From Candidatus Saccharimonadales bacterium (GTDB taxonomy: Bacteria; Patescibacteriota; UBA1384; 2-12-FULL-50-11): a stretch of 64,000 bases of DNA. This document shows, one piece after another, positions 49,850 through 59,283 of this stretch (the first letter of the stretch is position 1; the number at the start of each line of letters is the position of its first letter). The stretch spans positions 85,514-149,513 of the forward strand of contig DATIHX010000003.1 in NCBI GenBank assembly GCA_035480235.1, written 5' to 3'. The notes beneath the pieces were generated by a model. The model saw nothing but the letters and a program-made list of their open reading frames with translations, ran no database searches and was not told the DNA's origin. Made by a program: the position numbers and the translations under genes.

Positions 49850-50500
49850 TTAGGAAGGACGGCGCATGATTGCGGCGGCTTGGGCGTCGTCGCCTTCGAT
49901 TTCGGGTCGAGCTGCTAAGGCGGCTCGGAGATCACCCGCCTCTTGCCAGAGCTTCTGAATGTGTGGGCTGTTGAGCCAGATTTTCTCGTCGGCCTGCAGT
50001 AAACCGAGTTGCTCGGCCGCGATCGCTTCGAGCTCTCGGAACTCAGCCAATAAGTCCGTCTCGTATTCCGGCGTTTCCTTCAGGCCTTGCTGGACTTTCT
50101 CTAGCCGGTCTTGGGCGTCGGCGATCTGACTCGAGTAAGGCGTACCGCCGATTTCGATCAGAAATTGCTGGAAATCGTTTTCAGCTAGATCGAGCCAGTA
50201 TCGATCTCGGTAGTAGAGCTTTGGTACGAAGCCGGGGAAGAGTCGGTCAATTTCGTCATTGATATGGACGGCTTTTCGTAGCCACCACGGACTTTGAAAT
50301 AGGTACCAAACCCCTAAGCCAAAGACCGTGAATGCAATTGCAGTTATTGGCGCTTTCGGCATTAGTGACTTCGTCACAAAAATCGAAAAGAAGCTGCTCA
50401 TTAGCAGTACGATGCCGATCCAATGGCATCGATAGCAGCGCTTAAGCAATGGAGATCTTTTACGAATGAGTGCAACGAGTTGACGGGCTTTTTGTTCCAT
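49850..50500 (-). CDS. Hypothetical membrane protein (216 aa)
   Basis: Two TM helices near the N-terminus and a helical acidic C-terminus. Confidence 0.5.
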   Translation of the reverse strand: MEQKARQLVALIRKRSPLLKRCYRCHWIGIVLLMSSFFSIFVTKSLMPKAPITAIAFTVFGLGVWYLFQSPWWLRKAVHINDEIDRLFPGFVPKLYYRDRYWLDLAENDFQQFLIEIGGTPYSSQIADAQDRLEKVQQGLKETPEYETDLLAEFRELEAIAAEQLGLLQADEKIWLNSPHIQKLWQEAGDLRAALAARPEIEGDDAQAAAIMRRPS

Positions 50501-50632
50501 ATTCCAAACACCTCTTTGTTAAGAAACTTGAGGCGACTATAGCATTAAAACGTCCGAAAGTCAAGGTCTAGGTGGTAGAATTCTTGATATTTTCTCAGTG
50601 ATTTTTCAGCTTAAACCTGCTAAAGTGCGCTT

Positions 50633-51307
50633 ATGCGTGTGTTACTCGTAGAAGACGAACCGAAACTCCGGCTGGCTTTGAAAAAAGGCCTGGAGCAAGA
50701 AAATTTTGCTGTTGACGGCGAAGAAACGGCCGAAGGCGGTTTGGGGATGGCGATGACCCAAGACTACGACGTTATTATTTTGGACCGGATGCTACCCGGC
50801 GGTTTAGACGGGCTGGAAGTGGTCAAACGGCTTCGCGCCAAAGGCCAAAAAGTGCCGGTGATTTTTTTAACGGCTCGCGACGAAGTGAAAGACCGGGTGG
50901 AAGGCTTGTCGGCCGGCGCGGACGATTACTTAGTTAAGCCGTTCGCGTTCGAAGAGTTGTTGGCGCGCGTTCGAGCGCTGCTGCGCCGGCCGCCGCAGGG
51001 TGGCGAAACAGTTCTGCGCTGCGCCGACCTGACGCTCGACCCAATTGGCTTCACCGTTGAACGAGCCGGCAAACCAATCGAGTTAACGAGTAAAGAGTTC
51101 GCGCTACTCGAATATCTCCTCCGCCATACCGGCCGGGTCCTGGGTAAGGACAATATTATTCAACACGTTTGGGATTATGACGCCGATATTTTGCCCAATA
51201 CCGTTGAAGTTTACATGGGCTATTTGCGCCAAAAAATCGACAAACCGTTCAAAACCAAACTACTCCACACTCGCCACGGCTTTGGCTATTATGTGGGCCT
51301 CAAGTAA
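50633..51307 (+). CDS. Response regulator, OmpR/PhoB family
   Basis: Receiver domain (MRVLLVEDE…DVIILDRMLPG…) plus a winged-helix trans_reg_C domain (…LTSKEFALLEYL…VEVYMGYLRQKID). Confidence 0.92.
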   Translation: MRVLLVEDEPKLRLALKKGLEQENFAVDGEETAEGGLGMAMTQDYDVIILDRMLPGGLDGLEVVKRLRAKGQKVPVIFLTARDEVKDRVEGLSAGADDYLVKPFAFEELLARVRALLRRPPQGGETVLRCADLTLDPIGFTVERAGKPIELTSKEFALLEYLLRHTGRVLGKDNIIQHVWDYDADILPNTVEVYMGYLRQKIDKPFKTKLLHTRHGFGYYVGLK

Positions 51308-52317
51308 TGTTCCGCTCGGCCACAATTCGTTTAACTGGTCTTTACCTCGCCATCTTGGCAGTTATTTGTTTGTTTTTCAGCCTGAATCTTTACCGGGTGG
51401 GCGTTGGCGAACTGACCACCGGCCTTAATCGTCAAGCCGTTTCCTATCGGCAGCTGCCTGGCATCAGCAGTCTCTTTAGCGACGACGATTTAGTGCAAAT
51501 TCGCCAAAATCAACTCGACCACGGCCGCCGCGATATCGTCTTAGAGCTGATTTATCTTAATATCGCCCTACTGAGTTTGGGCGGCGTCGGCAGTTACTAT
51601 TTGGCCCGGCGAACCTTGCAGCCGATCGAAGATGCCCACCTCGCCCAGAGCCGCTTTACCAGCGACGCTTCGCACGAACTCCGGACGCCGCTGGCCACGA
51701 TGCAAGCCGAAATTGAAGTGGCGCTGCGGAGCAAAAACCTGACGGCGACCGAAGCGAAAAAACTCCTCGGCAGTAACTTGGAGGAATTGACCAAATTGAC
51801 TGGCCTGGTCACCGGCCTCCTGCACTTGGCCCGTCAAAACGGTCTTAAAGATTTGCAACCGGTCGAGCTAAAGATGGTATTGGCGCAAGTGGTTAAAAGT
51901 TACGAGCGCCAAGCCAAGCAAAAGAATATCGCGCTAAAGATCAAAAGCGCCAAGTCGCTCATTATCAGCGGTGACCAAGCGGCGCTTACTCAATTAGTGG
52001 GGCTACTCGTTGATAACGCGCTCAAATACAGCCCGCCTAAAAGCGAAGTGATTATTAGTCTCACCAAAGAAAACGACGACGCAATTATTACCGTGGCTGA
52101 TCACGGCCAAGGCATTGGTCCGGCCGACTTGCCAAAAATCTTCGACCGCTTTTATCGGGCCGACTCGTCGCGTCACAAGGGTCTAGAAGTTGGCGGCTAC
52201 GGCTTGGGATTATCAATCGCTAAAAATTTAGCCAAGCTTCACGGCGGGGAAATTGAGGCGACTAGTAAGATCAGCCAGGGTTCGGTTTTCATTGTTAAGC
52301 TGCCGATTAAGCCTTAA
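51307..52317 (+). CDS. Sensor histidine kinase (HisKA/HATPase_c)
   Basis: Two TM helices, H-box FTSDASHELRTPLA, N-box LLVDNALKY, and G-boxes DHGQGI / GGYGLGLSI. It has a 1-nt overlap with the response regulator gene. Confidence 0.92.
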   Translation: MFRSATIRLTGLYLAILAVICLFFSLNLYRVGVGELTTGLNRQAVSYRQLPGISSLFSDDDLVQIRQNQLDHGRRDIVLELIYLNIALLSLGGVGSYYLARRTLQPIEDAHLAQSRFTSDASHELRTPLATMQAEIEVALRSKNLTATEAKKLLGSNLEELTKLTGLVTGLLHLARQNGLKDLQPVELKMVLAQVVKSYERQAKQKNIALKIKSAKSLIISGDQAALTQLVGLLVDNALKYSPPKSEVIISLTKENDDAIITVADHGQGIGPADLPKIFDRFYRADSSRHKGLEVGGYGLGLSIAKNLAKLHGGEIEATSKISQGSVFIVKLPIKP

Positions 52318-52351
52318 GTCTTTCCTCAGTTTTTGTTTCTATCCTAAAGTC

Positions 52352-52843
52352 ATGGAAAATCAAAACTCAACCGAATTGAAAGAGCAGACAGAAAAAAGTA
52401 ATGACAAGCCAGCTTTCGATCGTAGCTATCACCGTCGCTATTTAGTCTTGCCAATCGCGCTCGGTATTATTCTGCTGGTAATTTTCGTTTTGATGATCGG
52501 CGCCGTTGCTAACCATCGCGGCAAGGCGGTAGTTACTCGCCAAGAATTTAGTGCTGGCCGGATGATGGCAATGAGCGGTCAAAAGTTTGATAACAGCAAC
52601 GTTGCCTCTCCGATGATCGGTCGTCGCGGCCTGATTGGTGCCATCAGCAAGATTGACGGCAATACCCTTACTCTTCACACCGCCACCAGCGATCAAGCTG
52701 TGGTTGTTTCAGCGACGACCTCGTTTTACAAAGCCGGCGCGATCGCTAAACAAAGTGATCTAGCGGTTGGCCAGGCAATTAGTGTCCGCGGCCTGCCTAA
52801 CTCGAGCGGCCAAATCGCTGCTACCAAAATCACAATATATTAA
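52352..52843 (+). CDS. Membrane-anchored protein with a beta-rich C-terminal domain (DUF5666-like, tentative)
   Basis: ATG at 52352, one TM helix, and …GAISKIDGNTLTLHTA…VVVSATTSFYKAG…GQAISVRG…. Confidence 0.5.
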   Translation: MENQNSTELKEQTEKSNDKPAFDRSYHRRYLVLPIALGIILLVIFVLMIGAVANHRGKAVVTRQEFSAGRMMAMSGQKFDNSNVASPMIGRRGLIGAISKIDGNTLTLHTATSDQAVVVSATTSFYKAGAIAKQSDLAVGQAISVRGLPNSSGQIAATKITIY

Positions 52844-52850
52844 CATCCGG

Positions 52851-54374
52851 TCACTCGCTGTAGCCGGGGAAGTAGTCGGTCACGACTTGCTTTTTCGGCA
52901 GCCCGAGGCTCGCCAAAACTTGCTCAGCGGCCTGAACCATCGGTTGTGGCCCGGAGACGTAAAACGTCCGTTGACGATAATCGGGAATCGTCCGGCAAAC
53001 CAGCTCTTTACTAATTAACCCGACCTCGCCCGGCCAATCGGCTGGCAGAGCCGCCGAATCGGTCAGCGTATAAATTGTTTTCAAGCCTTTCGACTCAGCT
53101 TGACGAAACAAATCGGCGAAAACTATATCATTAACCCGCTTGTTGCTAAACAATTGAACGACATCACGTTGGGTCTGGGTGTCCACCAATTCTTTAGCGA
53201 AGGCGCGAAACGGTGCAACGCCAACGCCACCAGCGATAAAAGCTAGCTTCTTTTCGGTATTTTTCGGCAGCACAAAATCACCAAAGAGTGAGCCGGCGGC
53301 CACCAAATGATTTTTGGGCATTAGTTGTAGCGTCTGCTTGTAAGAGCTGGCCGATGTTGGAAATTTGACCAAAAGTTGGAGACTTGACTCGGTTGGCGAC
53401 GAGGCGATCGTGAAGTACCGGCGGTTACCTCGCCCGTCAACTGGTGAATGTGGGAGTGTCCATTCTAAATATTGACCGGAGCGAAACCGGAAACCGACCG
53501 GCTTGTTGAAATAAAACAGCCAAGTGTCGCGGGTCAGTTGCCGTTTTTCCAGCAGCTGAAGATCGAATTGCAGTCGGGTCTTTATGACGGCGCTAACCAG
53601 GTTACCGGCCGTCAAAGCCAATTCCGGCGTTAAGCTCAGCGGTAAAAAATGAAGCTGCGGGGTCGCGTAAAGAACAGCAACTAAGCCGGCGTACCAATTC
53701 TGGCCGGCCCGACTCGTCGGTAGCGTTCGCGGTTCGGTTAACATCACCAGCGCGAAAAAGAATAGCGCCGAATTGGTGGCGGCGAACCACAGGGTGTGGA
53801 CAAAGCTCAAGGGGTGGCCGGCGACCAAGCTGGCAGCCATCACTAAAACTGTGTAAACGCCCAAAAACCACCAAACTAAGTGGGTTCGGTTGAGTTTGCG
53901 CTGGAGTAGTAAACCGCCGAGCAATACCGGCATAACCAAGTAAATATTTCCCACCCACCAGGTGGCGGCGTGTTCCGGCGAGAGCAAGCCGATCATCGCG
54001 ATGGCCGCCGCGGCCGGATTGAAGATGTGAGTTTTCTCAACAGTTAAAAAATATTTCGTTGCCATCGCCACGACGCTGGCGAAGATTGCCACTGGTAAAC
54101 CGGCAGTGGTCGCCGGTACTAAGAGGGCGATAATCAGCCCCGTAATCAGGGCCGATTCGGTGTTGGTGGCAGCCCCAAAGAGCCGGGCCAAGAGCCAGTT
54201 GGCGGCGTAACCGGCGCTGACCGCGCCAATGGCGTTAATGGCGATCGTTATTGGTTGGTAGTGAAGTAAACCGACCATCGCCAAGCCGATCGCCGTCACC
54301 AGCAAAAAAATTAGGTAGTAAACCGTCAGCCGGTACATCGTGACGGCGTTCAAGAAGCGGTCGATTATCTTCAT
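52851..54374 (-). CDS. Fusion protein: RnfD/NqrB-like polytopic membrane domain plus an FNR-type FAD/NAD(P)-binding reductase
   Basis: N-terminal half: …THIFNPAAAA… and …FFFALVMLTEPRTLPTS (RnfD/NqrB-like). C-terminal half: RRYFTIASSP (RxYS/T), FIAGGVGVAPF, and FYVSGPQPMV. Confidence 0.7.
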   Translation of the reverse strand: MKIIDRFLNAVTMYRLTVYYLIFLLVTAIGLAMVGLLHYQPITIAINAIGAVSAGYAANWLLARLFGAATNTESALITGLIIALLVPATTAGLPVAIFASVVAMATKYFLTVEKTHIFNPAAAAIAMIGLLSPEHAATWWVGNIYLVMPVLLGGLLLQRKLNRTHLVWWFLGVYTVLVMAASLVAGHPLSFVHTLWFAATNSALFFFALVMLTEPRTLPTSRAGQNWYAGLVAVLYATPQLHFLPLSLTPELALTAGNLVSAVIKTRLQFDLQLLEKRQLTRDTWLFYFNKPVGFRFRSGQYLEWTLPHSPVDGRGNRRYFTIASSPTESSLQLLVKFPTSASSYKQTLQLMPKNHLVAAGSLFGDFVLPKNTEKKLAFIAGGVGVAPFRAFAKELVDTQTQRDVVQLFSNKRVNDIVFADLFRQAESKGLKTIYTLTDSAALPADWPGEVGLISKELVCRTIPDYRQRTFYVSGPQPMVQAAEQVLASLGLPKKQVVTDYFPGYSE

Positions 54375-55129
54375 GCGGTACTTGTTTGTAAAACCAAGCG
54401 GTCAAAGCCGCTGGTTAAGCGAGCTCGGCCGCTCGCTAAAACGGCGTAAGCCTCAAAGCCGGGAAGCTTTTCAATAAATGCCAGGCCGCCTTCGCCCATT
54501 GCAAAGGCGGCGGTTGCCATCCGATCGGCTTCGTAAACATTGGGCCCGATGACGGTTAAGCTTGCCACATTTTCCAGGTTTTGGCCGCTGACTGGGTCGT
54601 AAATGTGAGCGCCTTGCACATAATTGCCGCTGGTGGCGACTCCGGCGTTCGTTAACGCAAGAGTTTTGATAATTTCTGAAGGGTTGAATGGGTTACGAAT
54701 ACCGTAGCGCCACGTTCGTCCGGGTTGGGCGACGCCGCTCACCTGAATATCGCCGGCGATTTCGACGGTAAAATTCCGGTAACCCTTGGTTTGTAAGAGT
54801 TTGGCGCCCTGCCAAATCGCCCAACCCTTGACGAGGCCGGAGGGGTCAATTTGGCCGTCCGGTCGAGTGATATTAAAGAAGCCGTCGGTTTCCGTCTGGG
54901 TCTGTTCGCAGAGCGCCAAAACAGTTTTCAGCGCTTCGCTCAACTGTTCAGGTTTCAATTCGCCACGATTGAGTTGCGACAGTTCGCTGGTCTTCTTGAA
55001 TGGACTGAACCGCTGGTCGATCGTTTGCCAGAGTCGGAAAATTGCAGCGACATCACTCTGGCGGACAGACTGTTCAGCTACCTGAATGATCCCGGTCATC
55101 CCCATCGTCTCGAAGCGGCGTCTAACCAT
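54371..55129 (-). CDS. apbE: FAD:protein FMN transferase (ApbE family)
   Basis: DPSGLVKGWA, VATSGNY, HIYDPVSG and EADRMATAAF are ApbE motifs. No obvious signal peptide. Confidence 0.8.
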   Translation of the reverse strand: MVRRRFETMGMTGIIQVAEQSVRQSDVAAIFRLWQTIDQRFSPFKKTSELSQLNRGELKPEQLSEALKTVLALCEQTQTETDGFFNITRPDGQIDPSGLVKGWAIWQGAKLLQTKGYRNFTVEIAGDIQVSGVAQPGRTWRYGIRNPFNPSEIIKTLALTNAGVATSGNYVQGAHIYDPVSGQNLENVASLTVIGPNVYEADRMATAAFAMGEGGLAFIEKLPGFEAYAVLASGRARLTSGFDRLVLQTSTA

Positions 55130-55609
55130 CTAGATCGCCTGGCTGAGGGCCGAGCCGAGCGACTGAATGAAGGCGCCGGAAGTGGCCGAGGCGCCAGTGA
55201 CGCCATCGACATTGGCGCTTTGGGCCTGAATTGCTTCTTCTTTTAAGAGTGGCATCGCTTGGCTATTGATGCGGTCTGACGTGCCGTTGTCGCTCGGATG
55301 ATCCAGGAAGATGACGTCGGTGATTTTTCCACCAGTAATTACCACCTCCACTTGGACGTTGCCGTAAAAAGCGTCGGCGCTGATGCCGGTATAGCGACCA
55401 TTTTTGTAGCGGCCGGTCGGGGTAGTTACTGCTGGCGGGGAAGTAACAATCGATGTTGGCGAGCTGCTGGTTGGCACCGGTTGGTTACTGACAGCGGAGT
55501 TAGCCGGTAAGCCAACGATTGGATTAGCTGCTTCCGGGTGACGGTCGCGCCACCAAACCAAGGCAAAAAAGACCGCCAAAATGAAGGTAATCTGGCTGTA
55601 TTTCCTCAT
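55130..55609 (-). CDS. Membrane-anchored FMN-binding domain protein (predicted flavinylation substrate)
   Basis: N-terminal TM helix, a Ser/Pro/Thr linker, and an FMN_bind-like core with VDGVTGASATS (Dxx[ST]GA[ST]) encoded at 55188-55210. Confidence 0.75.
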   Translation of the reverse strand: MRKYSQITFILAVFFALVWWRDRHPEAANPIVGLPANSAVSNQPVPTSSSPTSIVTSPPAVTTPTGRYKNGRYTGISADAFYGNVQVEVVITGGKITDVIFLDHPSDNGTSDRINSQAMPLLKEEAIQAQSANVDGVTGASATSGAFIQSLGSALSQAI

Positions 55610-55665
55610 ATCTTAATTTCATGATATGGCTCAATCTTGAAAATTAACTGAAAAAGACTTGAAAA

Positions 55666-55842
55666 TTACCCGTCACTTTTTTTGCCGATGACGAAGCCGG
55701 CCCAGATGCCCAGTAAGCCGCCAATCGCCGCCGTTACCTGGCTGGCTAGGCTAAAGATGTTGCCGCCCCAGAGCTCCGGCGCCAAAGCGCCGAGCGTCGA
55801 GCCGACGAAAAGTCCGAGCCAAACCCAAGTTTTCAGCGACAT
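55666..55842 (-). CDS. Small membrane protein (58 aa); not in the supplied ORF track
   Basis: MSLKTWVWLGLFVGSTLGALAPELWGGNIFSLASQVTAAIGGLLGIWAGFVIGKKSDG has two Gly-rich helices. It explains the spurious N-terminal extension of ORF 55682. Confidence 0.45.
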   Translation of the reverse strand: MSLKTWVWLGLFVGSTLGALAPELWGGNIFSLASQVTAAIGGLLGIWAGFVIGKKSDG

Positions 55843-55909
55843 TAATTCTACCCTACCACATTACCCTGTTCACTGGAGTAGAACTGGTTTATACTGGCAA
55901 AGAATAAAA

Positions 55910-56863
55910 ATGCCTAAACTGCCGATTGTTTTTGTCCAGATCCCCTGCTTAAACGAAGAGCGAACGCTACCACTGGTGCTAAAGGGCGTCCCGAAAAAAA
56001 TCCCCGGCGTCGGTAGTGTGGAAATATTAATTATCGACGACGGTTCAAGTGATCGGACAATCGCCGTCGCCAAAAAACTCGGGGTCAAGCATTTCGTTTA
56101 CCATCGGCGTAACCAAGGGTTGGCCCGGTCGTTTCACGACGGCGTTAGTTACGCTCTCGAACATGGCGCCGATATCGTGGTGAATACCGATGGCGACAAC
56201 CAATACCCCCAAGAAAAGATCGGCGAATTAGTCGCCCCGATTTTGGCTGGGCGAGCCGACGTCGTCATCGGAGACCGACAAACCCAACGCATTAAACATT
56301 TTTCGCGAGGAAAAAAGTTCTTCCAACGTTTCGGCAGCCGGATTGTTAGCGCCGCCGCCGGCGTCACCGTGCCGGATGCGGTCAGCGGTTTTCGGGCCTA
56401 CTCGCGCGAAGCCTTACTCCAAATTAACACCATCACCCGCTTTAGTTACACCACTGAAACGATTATTCAGGCCGGCCACAAAAGGCTGTCGATTGCCAGC
56501 GTGCCGATCAAAACCAATAAAAAAACTCGAGAATCACGTCTTTTCAAATCGACCTTCGAGCATATTAGCAAGTCAGCCACCACGATTGTCCGCTCGACGA
56601 TCATGTACCGGCCGTACGCCCTTTTTGGGACGCTGGGAGGAGTGCTGCTGATCGCTGGCCTGGTGCCGTTCATCTATTACCTGGTCCTCTACTTTTTGGG
56701 TCACCAAAACGGCCACCTCCATTCGTTGACGCTGGGCGCGGTTCTCTTAATCAGCGCCCTTTTGTCGCTAGTTTTAGGAGTTCTGGCCGACTTAATTCGG
56801 ATCAATCGGATTTTACTGGAAGACTTACTTGAGCGGGTTAAAGCCAATCAGATTAAGAACTAA
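55910..56863 (+). CDS. Glycosyltransferase family 2, polyprenol-phosphate glycosyltransferase type (GtrB/ArnC/DPM1-like)
   Basis: …IIDDGSSDRT…, …NTDGDNQYP… (DxD), and two C-terminal TM helices. The ATG at 55910 is preferred. Confidence 0.85.
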   Translation: MPKLPIVFVQIPCLNEERTLPLVLKGVPKKIPGVGSVEILIIDDGSSDRTIAVAKKLGVKHFVYHRRNQGLARSFHDGVSYALEHGADIVVNTDGDNQYPQEKIGELVAPILAGRADVVIGDRQTQRIKHFSRGKKFFQRFGSRIVSAAAGVTVPDAVSGFRAYSREALLQINTITRFSYTTETIIQAGHKRLSIASVPIKTNKKTRESRLFKSTFEHISKSATTIVRSTIMYRPYALFGTLGGVLLIAGLVPFIYYLVLYFLGHQNGHLHSLTLGAVLLISALLSLVLGVLADLIRINRILLEDLLERVKANQIKN

Positions 56864-58354
56864 CTACCTTGCTTTGACGGTTAATCGCTCGATCAGGAAC
56901 GGCTTGATGATTGCTTGGGCTGTTTGGTTGGCCCTCACTGCCGCGCTTTTTGGCCACCACCACGACGGATTAGTCGAACTCATATAATTAATGACGCCGC
57001 CGCCTTGCAGTAACAGCAAAATCACCACCAGCGCCAGCCCCGCTTGCCAGTGCCGCTTTTTGACCGCCTCGGTGATTGCCCAACCCAGCAGCAGTAAGAG
57101 CGCTGGGAAAATTGGGAAAAGATAACGGGCCTGGATAGCGGTGTATTGTTGGAGGCCGTGGTACTCGGCAAAATTTAACAGCCAGAGCGCGGCCACATCG
57201 GTGCCCACCACCACTAGTAGTAAACTGAAATGCGGCCGGCGAGCGGCCAGCCGCCGCCCGAAAACCAGCAGCGCTACCAACCCACCGCTAAAAATAAGGC
57301 CAGCGGTAATTTCCGGCAACAAAAAAGCGCTGCCGGTAGCGTAATCTTGGCGAATCACAAAAAACGGCTGTTGCCACATCCGCCAGGCCCAAACGCCGGT
57401 GAATTTCAGCGGGTTACCGTTAAAACCGGTAGTTTTTTGGGCGGCGTAGTGGAAATTCCGGGCCCACGGCCCGTAATCCAGGCACGGGTCGGTGCCGATC
57501 ACCCTACCACAATCGGGTACCAGCTCGTGGTATCGGGCCACATTGTAGCCGTAGCGTTCAATAAACAATCCGCCACTAAGAATAAGCGCAGTAATCAGCA
57601 ACATTTTGACGGGCAAAGCAATTTTCGTCCAACTGTTTTTGAGTGATTTTGCTAAAGTCCGCCGTTGTCGCCACCACTGGGCACCGAGATAAATTGCTAG
57701 CCCAGCCATAATTGGTAGAAAAGTGTATTTTACTAAACTGGTCAGGAGCGCTAAGATGATCAGCCAAAGCAGTTTAGCTGCGTCAACCCGGACAGCCTTC
57801 AAAGCATTGGCGACTTGGGCTGTTAACAAAAGGCTCAAAGCGGTCAGTGGGAAAAGTAAATTGTCGTAGTTAATCTGCCCGGCCAAGAAGGGGATTTGCG
57901 GTAAAAGTATTAACACTACTAGGACGACGTTGCCGAGCGCCCCGCTCACCCCAAGGCAACGAAAAACTTTTTTCCACAACGCTAAACCACTGGCAAAGAG
58001 GAAGACGTTAACTATGCGCAAGGCCACGATTTGATCGGCCGTGTTTTTAGTAATTACTTCAATCAACCGATATAAAAAGCTCAGAAGATAATGAAATAAA
58101 TAGGACGGGTAGCGGGTGACGTCGCCAAGAATACTCGCCCCGGCCGGTTCGTGGCGGAAAAAAGGGCTCAGTTGATGGCTGTAGAGCTGAATTAGGCCGA
58201 AGTGGTAATTCTCGTCGAAAGCCATCGGATAGCGGGCCGAGAAGGCGATCCAGAGCGCTTCGATCACAAACGCGGTGATTATCAGTCGATAAAAAAAGTC
58301 GGCCGCCAATATGCCACGCCACCGTTCGCTCCAGCTCCTCATCTTACTACCCAT
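56864..58354 (-). CDS. GT-C fold membrane glycosyltransferase (ArnT/PMT-like)
   Basis: At least 11 predicted TM helices, and a first-loop acidic motif AFDENYH typical of GT-C enzymes. Confidence 0.55.
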   Translation of the reverse strand: MGSKMRSWSERWRGILAADFFYRLIITAFVIEALWIAFSARYPMAFDENYHFGLIQLYSHQLSPFFRHEPAGASILGDVTRYPSYLFHYLLSFLYRLIEVITKNTADQIVALRIVNVFLFASGLALWKKVFRCLGVSGALGNVVLVVLILLPQIPFLAGQINYDNLLFPLTALSLLLTAQVANALKAVRVDAAKLLWLIILALLTSLVKYTFLPIMAGLAIYLGAQWWRQRRTLAKSLKNSWTKIALPVKMLLITALILSGGLFIERYGYNVARYHELVPDCGRVIGTDPCLDYGPWARNFHYAAQKTTGFNGNPLKFTGVWAWRMWQQPFFVIRQDYATGSAFLLPEITAGLIFSGGLVALLVFGRRLAARRPHFSLLLVVVGTDVAALWLLNFAEYHGLQQYTAIQARYLFPIFPALLLLLGWAITEAVKKRHWQAGLALVVILLLLQGGGVINYMSSTNPSWWWPKSAAVRANQTAQAIIKPFLIERLTVKAR

Positions 58355-58371
58355 ACTATATAATTCTAACT

Positions 58372-59283
58372 GTGAAAAACTTCATAAAAAACCGTCGGGT
58401 GCGGGTGGTCTTAGTTGTCAGCATTTTGCTGGCCACGACGCTGGTCTTTGTCCGCTTCTTTTTAACCCACCCCGAGTACTGGGCCACGCTCACCGGCGTC
58501 TCGGTCGCCACCGTCGGCTGGATCGTTTTATTAAACCTGGTTGGTTTAACTATTTTGGTAGCGATAAACGCTTGCTTGCTGCGCTTCTGCGGCGTCAAGT
58601 TGGGGTTTTTAGAGCAGTTTCAACTGACCAGCTACTCGGCGATCGCCAACTTTTTCGGGCCGTTGCAAAGCGGGCCGGGCGTCCGGGCGGTTTATTTGAA
58701 AACCAAATACGGCGTTCGGCTACGTGACTACTCGCTGGCGGCCGCCCTTTACTACGCTGTTTTCGCCGTGTTGAGCGCTGTTCTGCTGTTCGGTTTTTCC
58801 CAGCCCTGGTGGCAAGCGCTGCTCCTGGTGGCAGCGGTCGGCGCGGTTGTTGTTGGTGTTATCCGTCGGTATAGCCGGGGCGCCGGTTCGGCCGCAACCG
58901 GCTGGCACTTTGACGCTGCGGCTTTTGGCGTCCTGGTAATTCTAACGGCGCTCCAGCTGGTAGTTATCGCCCTCTGGTATTTCGTCGAATTGAAAGCGGT
59001 AGCGCCGGCTGTCACTCTTCGTCAAGCGCTGATTTATTCGGGCGCCGCTAACTTCGCCTTATTTGTCTCTTTAACGCCGGACGCCATCGGTTTTCGGGAA
59101 GCTTTTTTAATTTTTTCGGCCCGCCTTCACGGCCTGGCGACCGCGGCGATTATCAGTGCCAATCTGCTGGACCGGGCCGTTTACGCCGCTTTTTTGGGCG
59201 GTGTCTTTTTAGTACTCTTGGTTACCCACGCCACCCGTCGCTTCAAAGGTTTCCCAAAGCCCGCCCCAGCCGCCCAGCAATAA
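58372..59283 (+). CDS. Polytopic membrane protein, UPF0104/lysyl-PG-synthase-TM-like (flippase-like, tentative)
   Basis: About eight TM helices. Its glycosylation-cluster context fits. The call is tentative. Confidence 0.4.
   Translation: MKNFIKNRRVRVVLVVSILLATTLVFVRFFLTHPEYWATLTGVSVATVGWIVLLNLVGLTILVAINACLLRFCGVKLGFLEQFQLTSYSAIANFFGPLQSGPGVRAVYLKTKYGVRLRDYSLAAALYYAVFAVLSAVLLFGFSQPWWQALLLVAAVGAVVVGVIRRYSRGAGSAATGWHFDAAAFGVLVILTALQLVVIALWYFVELKAVAPAVTLRQALIYSGAANFALFVSLTPDAIGFREAFLIFSARLHGLATAAIISANLLDRAVYAAFLGGVFLVLLVTHATRRFKGFPKPAPAAQQ

Noticed and set aside
55682-55909. N-terminal 76-aa extension of the GT2 ORF (ORF track 55682..56863).
   Set aside because: The extension is Pro/Ala/Ser-rich and has no start-site support. 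A canonical GT2 N-terminus starts at the ATG at 55910. The opposite strand encodes a plausible 58-aa two-helix membrane protein (55666..55842).
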